A stretch of DNA of 64,000 nucleotides, taken from sequence record MZ726793.1. The stretch is one strand, 5' to 3'. Under the pieces are notes generated by a model. It made no database searches, had not been told where the DNA came from, and worked only from the letters and a program-made list of their open reading frames with translations. The DNA is from Escherichia phage vB_EcoM_ASO2A. The translations under genes and the position numbers were made by a program. The stretch's first letter is position 1. Each line of letters begins with the position of its first letter. This document shows, one piece after another, positions 32,862 to 42,378 of this stretch.

Positions 32862-33371
32862 TTAAACAAAATAAAATGGTTGAGAGAGGCCCAAACGATT
32901 CTTTGGGTCGTATACATACCAAGCGTATGCTGTCTTATCTGTTCCACCTGCAACAAACGAAGGCCGTTCTGAAAGGACTATAAGGTTTGTTGGTGGATTC
33001 TTTTGATGGAACTCTCGTCGTTTCTTTGACTCCAAGAAGCCCAACCGAAGAAGATAAATACAAACATCCGCCTCTTTTAAGCTCTTTTCCAAGAACTCCA
33101 TTGCTAACTTAAATGGAGGATTTGTGATTATAATATCGGGACGATTTTCCCATTTATGACTAAAATAATCTTTACCTTCTTCAAGTTCGCAATATTCTGA
33201 ACCTTCAGGAAAATGGCGATAAATCGCTTCAGCTTCACCTCTACAAGGTTCTGCAAAAACCCAACCTTCTTCCTTTAGATTTTTGAAATCTATAACACTA
33301 AACAAACTATTGATTGCTTTTTGCGGTGTCGGATAATAATCGCTCGTTGGGCGATCATAATCTAATGCCAT
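32862..33371 (-). CDS. small DNA N6-adenine (or N4-cytosine) methyltransferase (169 aa)
   Basis: DYYPTP, EPCRG (SAM pocket-like), IITNPPF catalytic motif. Confidence 0.65.
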   Translation of the reverse strand: MALDYDRPTSDYYPTPQKAINSLFSVIDFKNLKEEGWVFAEPCRGEAEAIYRHFPEGSEYCELEEGKDYFSHKWENRPDIIITNPPFKLAMEFLEKSLKEADVCIYLLRLGFLESKKRREFHQKNPPTNLIVLSERPSFVAGGTDKTAYAWYVYDPKNRLGLSQPFYFV

Positions 33372-33789
33372 CTAAAATCTCCTCTTTTGTAATATTATCC
33401 AACTCTTTAAAGGATGAAATCTCGTTTAATAATCCTATTTGATCAGCCTCTAGAGGATAAGTGTTTTTATCTGTTTTTCTAGACAGAATATCTTCAACAA
33501 ACTTATCAATAGCCAAAGAAGAATCATAAAATTTTAAAAGTTGGTAATCCATAGGAGATATTTTGTCATCTCTTAGAAATATTTCTAACATGTTTTCAGT
33601 AGTATCGTGGTTTAGTGTATGTTCACCAAAAATATTAACTTCGTAAACATCTTTGCCAAACCAACGTTTCTTCTTTTCAACAGTATAGGTTTTTGCCACC
33701 AGACCATCTAAACAGTTTCTTGCCCTCTTACATGTTTGACGGTAAGAGTGGATAGCGCCTTCAACAAACTTAGCAGGAACTTGTAACAT
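33355..33789 (-). CDS. hypothetical protein (144 aa)
   Basis: SD taggag. Confidence 0.6.
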   Translation of the reverse strand: MLQVPAKFVEGAIHSYRQTCKRARNCLDGLVAKTYTVEKKKRWFGKDVYEVNIFGEHTLNHDTTENMLEIFLRDDKISPMDYQLLKFYDSSLAIDKFVEDILSRKTDKNTYPLEADQIGLLNEISSFKELDNITKEEILDGIRL

Positions 33790-33815
33790 TATTAATCTCC
33801 TATGTTTAAGAAATG

Positions 33816-33833
33816 CCCCCGAAGGGGCAGTTT
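33816..33833 (-). terminator. hairpin terminator
   Basis: minus strand TGCCCCttcgGGGGCA + tttctt. Confidence 0.55.
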
Positions 33834-33834
33834 G

Positions 33835-34527
33835 TTAAATAGCGGTTCCTTCGAAATCCGCCACATTTACGAGATTAATATTTTCAGATTTAGAAGTCAA
33901 GTTGTTTTCTGCAACAGATTTTTCTTCAGTATCCGCCTCGTTACCTGCCACGTTACGAGGTTCTTCTTCACCGTAGGGATTACCGAATTTCAAAAGATTG
34001 ATCAATTCTTCTTTGGAGAAGTTTTCTAAATCATCGTCTGTTAATTCAATAATCTCGTCTTGTTCTTCAATAAATGTTTCACCACCAGAAAAAGCATCTC
34101 GCTTTTTAGCTACTTCCATAGCTTGTTCTGGTGTTGCCCCTGCGTCAAGAGCAGCTAAAGCAAAGTCTGACCCACTTCCTACTGCATAATATTCTTCATC
34201 AATCGGATATGCACGTGTTGGGTTGTTACCTTCGTGCAAGAAAATACGTCCGTCTGGATGAACAACAAGTGCAATAAACTCTTCATCTTCTTTATCTGGA
34301 TCAGAGTGAATCATCAAACCAGGGACAGCATCACGTGCTGCTTCGCACTGTAGATTTTGTTCAAACCATTGAAAGAAAGAAAGCACGGAGGTCAGACGAC
34401 CAGCACCACCTACAAGGTAATCTCCAATTTTTCGGACCTTTTTGAAATTAATAGAATCTACACGTCCACCAAAAGTTACCTTACCGTCACTCAAAATCTT
34501 ATTTTTGGTTGCAATAATTGTCGTCAC
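33835..34527 (-). CDS. HslV-like / proteasome beta-type Ntn-hydrolase peptidase with acidic C-terminal extension (230 aa)
   Basis: N-terminus M-TTIIATKN (Thr nucleophile after Met removal, cf. HslV MTTIVSV), KVRKIGDYLVGGAG, YAVGSGSDFALAALDAG; SD gaggagg then GTG. Confidence 0.65.
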   Translation of the reverse strand: MTTIIATKNKILSDGKVTFGGRVDSINFKKVRKIGDYLVGGAGRLTSVLSFFQWFEQNLQCEAARDAVPGLMIHSDPDKEDEEFIALVVHPDGRIFLHEGNNPTRAYPIDEEYYAVGSGSDFALAALDAGATPEQAMEVAKKRDAFSGGETFIEEQDEIIELTDDDLENFSKEELINLLKFGNPYGEEEPRNVAGNEADTEEKSVAENNLTSKSENINLVNVADFEGTAI

Positions 34528-35027
34528 TATTCTTCCTCCTCTGTTAATGTTTTAAGAACCGCTTTCCCGCCATTCACATATTTGCAGATGTATTCTATCG
34601 CACGTAGTGTCTCTTTGTCAACAAAAATTTGATCAGACGTTGCGAGCGGGTTATTAAGAAGATCACTGCAATCACGAACAAGCAGTGCTTTCTTATTAAA
34701 CAAATTACTTAAGAACAGTAACTTCGCCTCTTCTTCTGTTATGTGCAGAAGGCTAGGATCGGAGCCAGCTATTCCTATTATACAATCAAACAAGCTTTCT
34801 TTACTATCAGAAAGTTCTTGAAAATGGTTTAAAAGCCAATCTTCTCCTAGACACCAACATTTAAACATTTCCAGTTTATCTCGGAGGGTCATATTCTCTA
34901 AAGTAAGAGCAATCTCTTTTTCAATATGGTTTACACAAATTTGACGAAATTCGTTAGGTTTTACGAGTCCCGTTTGATAGCACTCATCTATACCGCTTCT
35001 TCCGATAGCTATTGTTGCTACACCCAT
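34527..35027 (-). CDS. hypothetical protein (166 aa)
   Basis: SD aaggagg. Confidence 0.6.
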   Translation of the reverse strand: MGVATIAIGRSGIDECYQTGLVKPNEFRQICVNHIEKEIALTLENMTLRDKLEMFKCWCLGEDWLLNHFQELSDSKESLFDCIIGIAGSDPSLLHITEEEAKLLFLSNLFNKKALLVRDCSDLLNNPLATSDQIFVDKETLRAIEYICKYVNGGKAVLKTLTEEEE

Positions 35028-35062
35028 CAATCCTCCTTATAAATGGCTTCCCTGCCATGTCA

Positions 35063-35821
35063 TTAAATAAACACTTCAGTAATCAGTTTAGACAAACGTC
35101 CACGTTTATTATCGTCCGTTGTCAGTTCAACGTATCCAATAAAATCTACAATTGGCTCACGAACACCTTCTTCATTTTCTGGATATAAAAGTTCCAAAAT
35201 TTGATGCAGACCATTGCTACGTTTTTTAATTGCATATGTCTGGCGAACATCGCCTAATACAATAACATGCGTATTAATACCTGCACGTTCAATAAGAAGT
35301 TTAAGTGTTTCTGTTGACATAAGTTGTGCTTCGTCAATAATGACGATTGTATTATCCAGGGTGGCCCCCAACAAATAGTTAGGAATATTCAATTCGATCT
35401 TACCTGATCCAATATCGTTTTCCAATTTGTTGGCTGTCATGAATTGCTGGAAAATACGTTTTGTAGATTCATAGTGTGCTGCTAGTTTATCTGTTTTATC
35501 TCCAGACAAGAAACCAATCTGGTCATCTCCGACTTCAGTAGGGTTCTTGATAAAAAGTAGTTTACGGAAGTCTCCTGAACGAAGCATCTGCAAAGCTTTC
35601 CATAAAGCAACAGAGGTTTTACCAGTCCCTGCCGGAGCATTTACAACAGTCAGATCATTCCAAATCATGCTTTGAACAATCTTATTTTGGTCCCCTTCAG
35701 GCATAAATTCATCTAAACGGTAATCGTCATTACCTACCGCTTTTGCTGCATAACGGCTTTCAATCTTTGCTGAATTAGCCAGTTTCTGCCGTTGTGTTTT
35801 AGCTGCGGTTTTATTTCCCAT
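35063..35821 (-). CDS. phoH: PhoH-like ATPase
   Basis: SD aaggag then ATG 35821. NAPAGTGKTSVAL (Walker A), VIIDEAQ (Walker B). The track start 35872 would run through a hairpin. Confidence 0.9.
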   Translation of the reverse strand: MGNKTAAKTQRQKLANSAKIESRYAAKAVGNDDYRLDEFMPEGDQNKIVQSMIWNDLTVVNAPAGTGKTSVALWKALQMLRSGDFRKLLFIKNPTEVGDDQIGFLSGDKTDKLAAHYESTKRIFQQFMTANKLENDIGSGKIELNIPNYLLGATLDNTIVIIDEAQLMSTETLKLLIERAGINTHVIVLGDVRQTYAIKKRSNGLHQILELLYPENEEGVREPIVDFIGYVELTTDDNKRGRLSKLITEVFI

Positions 35822-35858
35822 AGTAGCACTCCTTTTAGAAGGGGCCGAAGCCCCTTTA

Positions 35859-36359
35859 TTAGTTGTAAGCATCTAAAGTTCCAGAAGTCAGAACTTTAAT
35901 TACTCGTTCAGCACGGTTTGGCGTCTGGCTATACCATCGGCTTTTACGCATGTTTTTACCTGCTTGAGTATAATATGCATTGCTGATTAAAGTCAAGCTA
36001 TTTTGAAACCCTTCAGCACCTTTTAACCCCAACTGGAAAACCATGTTGATTATTCCCAATTTACGAGTATCACTAACCTTATCATAGATTGGTGATAAGA
36101 TAGCACTGTTTTTTATGTCTCTCTTCACTTTTGCAACATCGTCAGCAAAGATTTGACGGGCTTCTTTTTCTGTGATAACTCCATTAGTCTTACGACCAAG
36201 AAGATTATCTAAGATTTGAATAGCCTTTGCTTTATCTTTTATTTTAGTCAGAAGGTGTCCTATGCCGACTGTCCAATAACCAAGATGGTCTTGATAAACA
36301 GTAAGCTTCAGTCCTTCATCGACTCGTAGCATATCAAACTCATCTACTACTTTAGCCAT
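35859..36359 (-). CDS. T4-type lysozyme (GH24 endolysin)
   Basis: FDMLRVDEGLKLTVYQDHLGYWTVGIGHLLTK ... SRWYSQTPNRAERV aligns by eye with T4 gp e. Confidence 0.95.
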   Translation of the reverse strand: MAKVVDEFDMLRVDEGLKLTVYQDHLGYWTVGIGHLLTKIKDKAKAIQILDNLLGRKTNGVITEKEARQIFADDVAKVKRDIKNSAILSPIYDKVSDTRKLGIINMVFQLGLKGAEGFQNSLTLISNAYYTQAGKNMRKSRWYSQTPNRAERVIKVLTSGTLDAYN

Positions 36360-36366
36360 TTACTTC

Positions 36367-36516
36367 CTATTCGTCGTCTCCTACTCCGTGATCCAACTCG
36401 TTAAACAACAGATGTTCTGGAGAAGTTTCACGTTTTGGTTTCGTTTTCTTTATGTTGGACTTCAGCTCATTTGCCAAAGCACGAGAAAAGATCTTACGTT
36501 TCTGTTTACTTTTCAT
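36367..36516 (-). CDS. 49-aa basic peptide
   Basis: not in track; SD ggag 8 nt upstream; MKSKQKRKIFSRALANELKSNIKKTKPKRE... Confidence 0.4.
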   Translation of the reverse strand: MKSKQKRKIFSRALANELKSNIKKTKPKRETSPEHLLFNELDHGVGDDE

Positions 36517-36521
36517 AATTG

Positions 36522-36782
36522 TTACTCCGCAATTTGAGCCATGAGATCACGCAGTTCGGTAAAACCGCCTACGTATGTTACCTCCCCGTTCACTTCGGAC
36601 AGAATTTGTGGAAATGTGCGTGGAGGAACTCCGGTAAGATCAACAACTGTTTTAGTCATTGATTCTAAATCATAGTCTTGATCAAGACTTAAATATTCAA
36701 ACTGTTTATTGCGCATGGTTAATAGTTGTTTTGACATTTCACAAAATTGACAGTTAGGTTTACCAAAAATTACAAATTCCAT
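36522..36782 (-). CDS. glutaredoxin / NrdC-like thiol-disulfide oxidoreductase (86 aa)
   Basis: FGKPNCQFCEMSKQLL (CxxC), ..TFPQI..., GGF..L; TAATG coupling to rmlD. Confidence 0.8.
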   Translation of the reverse strand: MEFVIFGKPNCQFCEMSKQLLTMRNKQFEYLSLDQDYDLESMTKTVVDLTGVPPRTFPQILSEVNGEVTYVGGFTELRDLMAQIAE

Positions 36783-37624
36783 TACCTCTCCTTATTAAGT
36801 AATACTGCTAAAGACTGTTCAATACCTTTATTTAAATCTGATTTTGTAAGATAGTGACTGGTTACTAGTTGTGACTTCACCGGACGTGCTGCTGGAGCAT
36901 TATAGGTTGAAGCTGATACCGCCGATATCTTAACAGGTTCTGGCATCTGTGTCAAGATCTTTTCCGCAAACTCCGCCCAAGAAATAAGATGGCTTCCTGC
37001 AAAATGGTAAGTCTTAACAGACCTTGACCAACCTGTTTTTAATACTTCAAAAATAGCTTCTGCTAAATCTGGAGCATATGTTGGACAAGAGAACTGATCA
37101 GCAACAATAATAAAATCACGTTGTCCATCATTATAGCGAGACAACATGGTTTTTAGAAAGTTATTTCCAAATTCGCTATATACCGAGGCTGTTCGAATAA
37201 TATATGCATTTGGGTTAACTCCTCGCACCATTTTTTCACCAAGTTCTTTCGTATACCCATAATTGTTTATTGGGTTAGGTGTAGTATCTTCAAAAATAGG
37301 ATGAGAATAATTAAAAATATAGTCTGTAGAAATATGCACAAAATCAATTTTAAGTTTGCTGCACACTGCCGCAATATTTGCAGGTCCATACGCATTAACA
37401 GCCAAAGCAGTAGCAAAATCATGTTCTGCTTTATCTACAGCCGTATAAGCGGCGCAATTAATAACACCATCTACATAATCTTCAATAATAGCGTTTCGCA
37501 CAGCTTCAAAATTTGTAATATCTACACGTTCTTTAGGATAAATTAAAGATACATTTGAAGGAGCCACTTTACGTAAAGCTTGTCCCAGTTGTCCATTACC
37601 GCCCAATACCAGATATGTTAGCAT
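36782..37624 (-). CDS. rmlD: dTDP-4-dehydrorhamnose reductase
   Basis: LVLGGNGQLGQAL Rossmann N-terminus, 280 aa, position after rmlC, overlapping start. Confidence 0.9.
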   Translation of the reverse strand: MLTYLVLGGNGQLGQALRKVAPSNVSLIYPKERVDITNFEAVRNAIIEDYVDGVINCAAYTAVDKAEHDFATALAVNAYGPANIAAVCSKLKIDFVHISTDYIFNYSHPIFEDTTPNPINNYGYTKELGEKMVRGVNPNAYIIRTASVYSEFGNNFLKTMLSRYNDGQRDFIIVADQFSCPTYAPDLAEAIFEVLKTGWSRSVKTYHFAGSHLISWAEFAEKILTQMPEPVKISAVSASTYNAPAARPVKSQLVTSHYLTKSDLNKGIEQSLAVLLNKER

Positions 37625-38184
37625 ACACCCTCGCTACGTAACTGTTGAAAAGATTTAGCCATTGCATCTTTTGTTGATAGAATAGGTTTAAAACCTTCGT
37701 CAAAAATCATATCGAAGCCCCAATCGATCCCTATATCAGGATCATCCCAACGTAAACTTTGTTCACTAGAAGGGTCGTATGGAGTTGTGCATTTGTATTC
37801 AAAGATAGCATCCATACTCAAAACTATAAAACCATGAGCCAAACCAGGCGGAAGCCAAAACTGCGTATGGTGTCGTGCACGAAGAACAACACCGTCCCAA
37901 GCACCGTAAGTTGGACTATCTTTACGTAAATCTACAGCGAAATCCAATACTTCCCCACTTACACAACGAACTAGCTTACCTTGCGGGTTATTTGTTTGAA
38001 AGTGCATTCCTCGCAAAACACCGAAGTTTGATTTAGACATGTTATCTTGAACGAAAGTTTGTCTACCAATAATATCTTCGTATTTTTGTTCATTATATGT
38101 TTCTAGAAAGAAACCACGATCATCTTTATAAACGTCTGGTTTGATAATTACCGCACCTTCAATTTTTGTTTTTTCTACTTTCAT
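37618..38184 (-). CDS. rmlC: dTDP-4-dehydrorhamnose 3,5-epimerase
   Basis: start ATG 38184 (ATGA overlap with the rmlA stop); [50 protein letters not shown]. Confidence 0.9.
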   Translation of the reverse strand: MKVEKTKIEGAVIIKPDVYKDDRGFFLETYNEQKYEDIIGRQTFVQDNMSKSNFGVLRGMHFQTNNPQGKLVRCVSGEVLDFAVDLRKDSPTYGAWDGVVLRARHHTQFWLPPGLAHGFIVLSMDAIFEYKCTTPYDPSSEQSLRWDDPDIGIDWGFDMIFDEGFKPILSTKDAMAKSFQQLRSEGVC

Positions 38185-39059
38185 TTTCTCTCCGCTAATT
38201 TGAGTAGGTATTGCCCGTACTCTGTTTTCTTCAGTGAGTTTCCATGATACACCAAAGTCTCTAAAGAAATCCACCCTTTTTTGAAAGCAATTTCTTCCAG
38301 GCACGCAATCTTCAATCCTTGACAGTTCTCAATAGTCTGCACGAATTGACCAGCTTCCATCAGACTGGCGTGTGTTCCTGTGTCAAGCCAAGTAAATCCT
38401 CGTCCGAGAACTTCCACTTGTAACTTCCTGTCTTCTAGGTAGCTGCGATTGATATCAGTGATCTCCAGTTCTCCACGCGCGGAAGGGGTTACTTCTAATG
38501 CACGTTGAATAACAGAGTTATCATAGAAATACAAACCTGTGACAGCATAATCTGATTTAGGATTTTCAGGTTTCTCTTCAATAGAAATAGCTTGACGATT
38601 ACTCCCAAATTCAACCACACCGAATCGTTCAGGATCTTTCACCAAATACCCGAAAATACAAGCTCCGCCCCAAACATCTACCATCTCACTGGCGTTAATC
38701 AGTAGTTTACCAAAGCTTTGTCCGAAGAATAGGTTGTCACCTAAAATAAGAGCAACAGAGTCTTCTCCGATAAAATCTTTACCTATGATGAAAGCTTCCG
38801 CAAGACCTCGTGGCTCGGATTGGATTGCGTAAGTGAGTTTTATCCCAAACATAGACCCATCTCCGAGAAGATACTCAAAGTCTTCCTGATCACCTGGTGT
38901 GGTGATGATTAAAATATCCTTAATGTCAGCCAACATCAATACCGATAAAGGGTAGTAGATCATGGGTTTGTCATACACAGGGAGCAATTGCTTGCTCACA
39001 CTGCGTGTTACCGGATGAAGGCGGGTTCCGCTTCCTCCCGCCAAAATAATACCTTTCAT
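38181..39059 (-). CDS. rmlA: glucose-1-phosphate thymidylyltransferase
   Basis: [37 protein letters not shown]. Confidence 0.95.
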   Translation of the reverse strand: MKGIILAGGSGTRLHPVTRSVSKQLLPVYDKPMIYYPLSVLMLADIKDILIITTPGDQEDFEYLLGDGSMFGIKLTYAIQSEPRGLAEAFIIGKDFIGEDSVALILGDNLFFGQSFGKLLINASEMVDVWGGACIFGYLVKDPERFGVVEFGSNRQAISIEEKPENPKSDYAVTGLYFYDNSVIQRALEVTPSARGELEITDINRSYLEDRKLQVEVLGRGFTWLDTGTHASLMEAGQFVQTIENCQGLKIACLEEIAFKKGWISLETLVYHGNSLKKTEYGQYLLKLAERK

Positions 39060-39067
39060 AACCCTCC

Positions 39068-40060
39068 TTAAATTTTCTCACTCCACCATTGAGGGTTGTT
39101 TAAGTACCATTCAATCGTTGAGTAGAGATCTTGTTCAAATGTAGAGTTTGCACTCCAGCCCAGTTCAGACTCTATCTTAGAAGGATTGATTTCATAACGC
39201 AAGTCATGTCCTTTACGATCTTCAACAAAAGTTATCAAGTTGGAAGAAGGGTAGGTTACTGCTTCTGGATGTACAGTATCCATATAGTCACAAACCATAT
39301 AGATGATCTCCATATTGGTTTTGGGATTACGTGTTCCAACATTATACGTTTGACCTGGTTCTCCACCTGTTGCCACTTGAAGAATAGCTCGCGCATGATC
39401 CTCAACAAAAAGCCAGTCTCGCACCTGGTCGCCTTTACCATACACCGGAATCTCTTTATTCGTCAAGATACTTGTGATGATTTTTGGGATCAGCTTTTCT
39501 GGATGTTGATAAGGCCCAAAGTTATTGGAGCAGTTGGTTATCACAACAGGCAAATCGTAGGTGCGGTGCCAAGCTTTCACAAGATGGTCAGATGCCGCCT
39601 TAGACGCACTGTATGGGCTTGAAGGGGCATAAGCTGTCTCTTCGGTAAAAGGAACGCCAGAGTCTGCCATATCGCCGTACACTTCGTCTGTGGAGACGTG
39701 TACGAACATCTTCAGTTTATTTTTTGGGAGGAGCCTTGCAGCTTCCAATAAATTGTATGTACCAATAATATTGGAGTCAATGAAAACTCGTGGATTCTTG
39801 ATAGAATTATCCACATGACTCTCTGCCGCTAAGTGAATGATGAAATCGGGATTGCACTCTACTACTAAACTTTTGACCTGGGTTTCGTTTGCCAAATCTG
39901 TCATGCTTAGTTTAATGTGAGTGATATCGCCTACATTCTCAATATCTGCTGCATAGCCCATCTTATCAACGACAAAAACTTCGTTATTAGGATCTTGACA
40001 AAGAGAGCGCACCACGGCACTCCCAATAAAACCAAGACCACCTGTTACCAGATAGCGCAT
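39068..40060 (-). CDS. rmlB: dTDP-glucose 4,6-dehydratase
   Basis: [30 protein letters not shown]. Confidence 0.95.
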   Translation of the reverse strand: MRYLVTGGLGFIGSAVVRSLCQDPNNEVFVVDKMGYAADIENVGDITHIKLSMTDLANETQVKSLVVECNPDFIIHLAAESHVDNSIKNPRVFIDSNIIGTYNLLEAARLLPKNKLKMFVHVSTDEVYGDMADSGVPFTEETAYAPSSPYSASKAASDHLVKAWHRTYDLPVVITNCSNNFGPYQHPEKLIPKIITSILTNKEIPVYGKGDQVRDWLFVEDHARAILQVATGGEPGQTYNVGTRNPKTNMEIIYMVCDYMDTVHPEAVTYPSSNLITFVEDRKGHDLRYEINPSKIESELGWSANSTFEQDLYSTIEWYLNNPQWWSEKI

Positions 40061-40069
40061 CAGTTCTCC

Positions 40070-40396
40070 TTACCAGACATGTTGAGAAATAATAGTTTCC
40101 GTTTTAATGTTATATTTTTCAAGTAGTTTTGCATAGGCTTCTTTTGCATTCTCATTCAATTGCTCAAGATCTACAGCTATGCTTCCCTCTCCGCCTTCTA
40201 AATCAAGGCCATATATGCAATAAGACTCATCCGCATCGTAGAAAGGAGAGATGCGGCTTAAGTCCAGACCTTCTTGTAAGAACCAGTTAAAATCTCCATC
40301 AAATTCTTCTTCAATTCTAGGATCTTCTCCTACAGCCTCTTCCCATTTATTAAAAGGTGCACCCTGTAACATACGCCATGCAATATCAACTCCCAC
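40070..40396 (-). CDS. hypothetical acidic protein (108 aa)
   Basis: GTG start; overlaps the end of the upstream mini-ORF. Confidence 0.5.
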   Translation of the reverse strand: MGVDIAWRMLQGAPFNKWEEAVGEDPRIEEEFDGDFNWFLQEGLDLSRISPFYDADESYCIYGLDLEGGEGSIAVDLEQLNENAKEAYAKLLEKYNIKTETIISQHVW

Positions 40397-40532
40397 TATC
40401 TTCCTCCTCTTCTTTTTCTTCTGTATGAACGAAACCTAAGCCGTTACAATTCCAACAAGGAATAAATTGTTCCATACTAACAATAAAATTCCCAGTGCCG
40501 CCGCAGATAGGACAAATACTTACATCATCCAT
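40386..40532 (-). CDS. stand-alone DnaJ-type zinc-finger mini-protein (48 aa)
   Basis: not in track; SD gaggag; MDDVSICPICGGTGNFIV...CWNCNGLGFV. Confidence 0.5.
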   Translation of the reverse strand: MDDVSICPICGGTGNFIVSMEQFIPCWNCNGLGFVHTEEKEEEEDSGS

Positions 40533-40534
40533 TA

Positions 40535-40717
40535 TTAAAGCTCCTCAATCTTTTCTAACATCTGTTTTAACTCATTCTCTGTTAACAGAATTTCTGTGAT
40601 ACCATCATAAGTTTCTACCATCAGAGTAAAACATTTTTCCCCATCTGAACACACAAAAGCGCCACCTTCATCTTCTGTTAAGTCAGAATTAATATCTACA
40701 TCACCAAAATCAATCAT
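40535..40717 (-). CDS. hypothetical acidic protein (60 aa)
   Basis: SD aaggag then ATG 40717. Confidence 0.5.
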   Translation of the reverse strand: MIDFGDVDINSDLTEDEGGAFVCSDGEKCFTLMVETYDGITEILLTENELKQMLEKIEEL

Positions 40718-40928
40718 CTTTTTCTCCTTTGATAATTTCAAACTTGGCTACACCATTAACTATAATGTGACCACAAGACATAACTCCTAGCCAAGGATCG
40801 CCGTTTTTCTTCAGGCGTTTACCGAATACATCACAAAAACCATTCTTCATTTCGGAGGCTTCATAAGAAGCCCCTTTATCAAAAACGTCTTTGAATGTGT
40901 CGATTATACCAACACATCTCAAAATCAT
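40710..40928 (-). CDS. hypothetical protein (72 aa)
   Basis: TAATG overlap with the nrdB stop. Confidence 0.5.
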   Translation of the reverse strand: MILRCVGIIDTFKDVFDKGASYEASEMKNGFCDVFGKRLKKNGDPWLGVMSCGHIIVNGVAKFEIIKGEKDD

Positions 40929-42013
40929 TAGAAGTCAAGCTCCTCATCATCAGAGAGATCTTTGTTAGCTGAATTCAATTTGTAATTAGTTAACTGAATC
41001 TCTTGGGCTGCTGACTGAATCAAATCAGGATTCAACCATTTTTCCATCCAAGCTAAAGGACTATGTTTAGGTGCTTTAAACTTGGCTTTCATTTTCAATC
41101 GACGATAAATAGGAGCAGCATTGAAATAAACCCACTGTTTAGACAATTCGGCGTTAAGACCTACAATAAAACGACCTTCACTAAACAGGTAGTCACACCA
41201 CTGTTCCTCTTGTTCAACAACAGTGTCGAGGATCAAAGTCAACTCTTCAATATTGTCTTCGTAAATTTTACGCCAAATTGGGTCATGCATCAATGCATCA
41301 ATTACAGCATAATCCATCTTAACATGCAAGATTTCATCTAGCATAATTTTCTGGATCAGTTTACAAGCCCCAACAAACAGTTGTTGTTCTGCCATAGCAA
41401 AAGTAGCAGAGAAGGAAGATATAAACTGAATACCTTCTAATCCAATCAGGGCTACCATCCCTTTAAGAATCAGCAGTCGAAGTTCATCGTTAGCTTCAAT
41501 CAATCCTAGAGCATACTTATGACCAGCTTCTTCCAACTGACCCATGATATCAGCAATGATACCCATACGATTGAAAATTTTATCATTAATCATAATCTGA
41601 TTGATGACTTCAATTGGATCTGGAGTACATTGACGGATTATTTCAGAATACGTTAACGCATGGAGAACTTCCATTTCACTCTGCTTCATCATCATAGCAC
41701 AGGCTTCATTGTTACTCAAGAATGGAGAGAACAAAGTGATGATTGATTTTGCAAGAGAATCATTTTCCCATTGGAACGATAAGTTTTTAATCATAACATC
41801 ATAGTTGTTTTTAGAACAAGCTACGAAATCTTTACGTGTCTGATCCAGATTAACTTCGTTTTCATCCCAATCTTGTGCTTTTTGAAGTTTGTAGAGTTTG
41901 TGCATTTCAGGGTAAGTCACGTTGATAGAATCAAAAATCCCCAACTGTTCCCCCATGAAAACTGGATATTTACCTGTTTTGTAAGTCTCGTTATGTAAAT
42001 TAATTGCTGCCAT
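40928..42013 (-). CDS. nrdB: ribonucleotide reductase class Ia beta subunit
   Basis: 361 aa; EVLHALTYSEII, EGIQFISSFSATFA, DEILHV iron-site helices; acidic C-terminal tail. Confidence 0.95.
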   Translation of the reverse strand: MAAINLHNETYKTGKYPVFMGEQLGIFDSINVTYPEMHKLYKLQKAQDWDENEVNLDQTRKDFVACSKNNYDVMIKNLSFQWENDSLAKSIITLFSPFLSNNEACAMMMKQSEMEVLHALTYSEIIRQCTPDPIEVINQIMINDKIFNRMGIIADIMGQLEEAGHKYALGLIEANDELRLLILKGMVALIGLEGIQFISSFSATFAMAEQQLFVGACKLIQKIMLDEILHVKMDYAVIDALMHDPIWRKIYEDNIEELTLILDTVVEQEEQWCDYLFSEGRFIVGLNAELSKQWVYFNAAPIYRRLKMKAKFKAPKHSPLAWMEKWLNPDLIQSAAQEIQLTNYKLNSANKDLSDDEELDF

Positions 42014-42338
42014 TTAAATCCTCCACTATTTCACAAAAACCTCTTAAGCTTAAAATATCTTCTTCCTCAAAATCATTGCTCCGGTAGAAAGCTTCCAGTG
42101 CTTCCCATACGCTTCTACCAAGTATAACAGTCACTGTTTCTTCACTTCTTGCCCTTGTTATTGCGTAAGCCGTGGCTTCTGGATAAAAAGATTCCCAAAT
42201 CTGCATGTTAGCTATTTCAAGACCGCCAAGATAATGGTGACACCAAGTAGGGGTAAAATCTTCAGGGCGAATCAACAGAGGCTTAAACCCAGGTCGGTAG
42301 ATTGGGGTTACTCCAGGTAAAACTATAATTGTGCTCAT
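42000..42338 (-). CDS. hypothetical protein between nrdA and nrdB (112 aa)
   Basis: SD gaggagg then ATG 42338. Confidence 0.55.
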   Translation of the reverse strand: MSTIIVLPGVTPIYRPGFKPLLIRPEDFTPTWCHHYLGGLEIANMQIWESFYPEATAYAITRARSEETVTVILGRSVWEALEAFYRSNDFEEEDILSLRGFCEIVEDLNGSN

Positions 42339-42349
42339 AATCCTCCTCA

Positions 42350-42371
42350 ATAAAAAGGGGCTGAAGCCCCT
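42350..42371 (-). terminator. hairpin / attenuator after nrdA
   Basis: minus strand AGGGGCttcaGCCCCT + tttta. Confidence 0.5.
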
Positions 42372-42378
42372 AGTTTCA

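Noticed and set aside
39131-39622. 163-aa plus-strand ORF
   Set aside because: It is a shadow ORF antisense to the clearly conserved rmlB. It has no SD site and a low-complexity translation.
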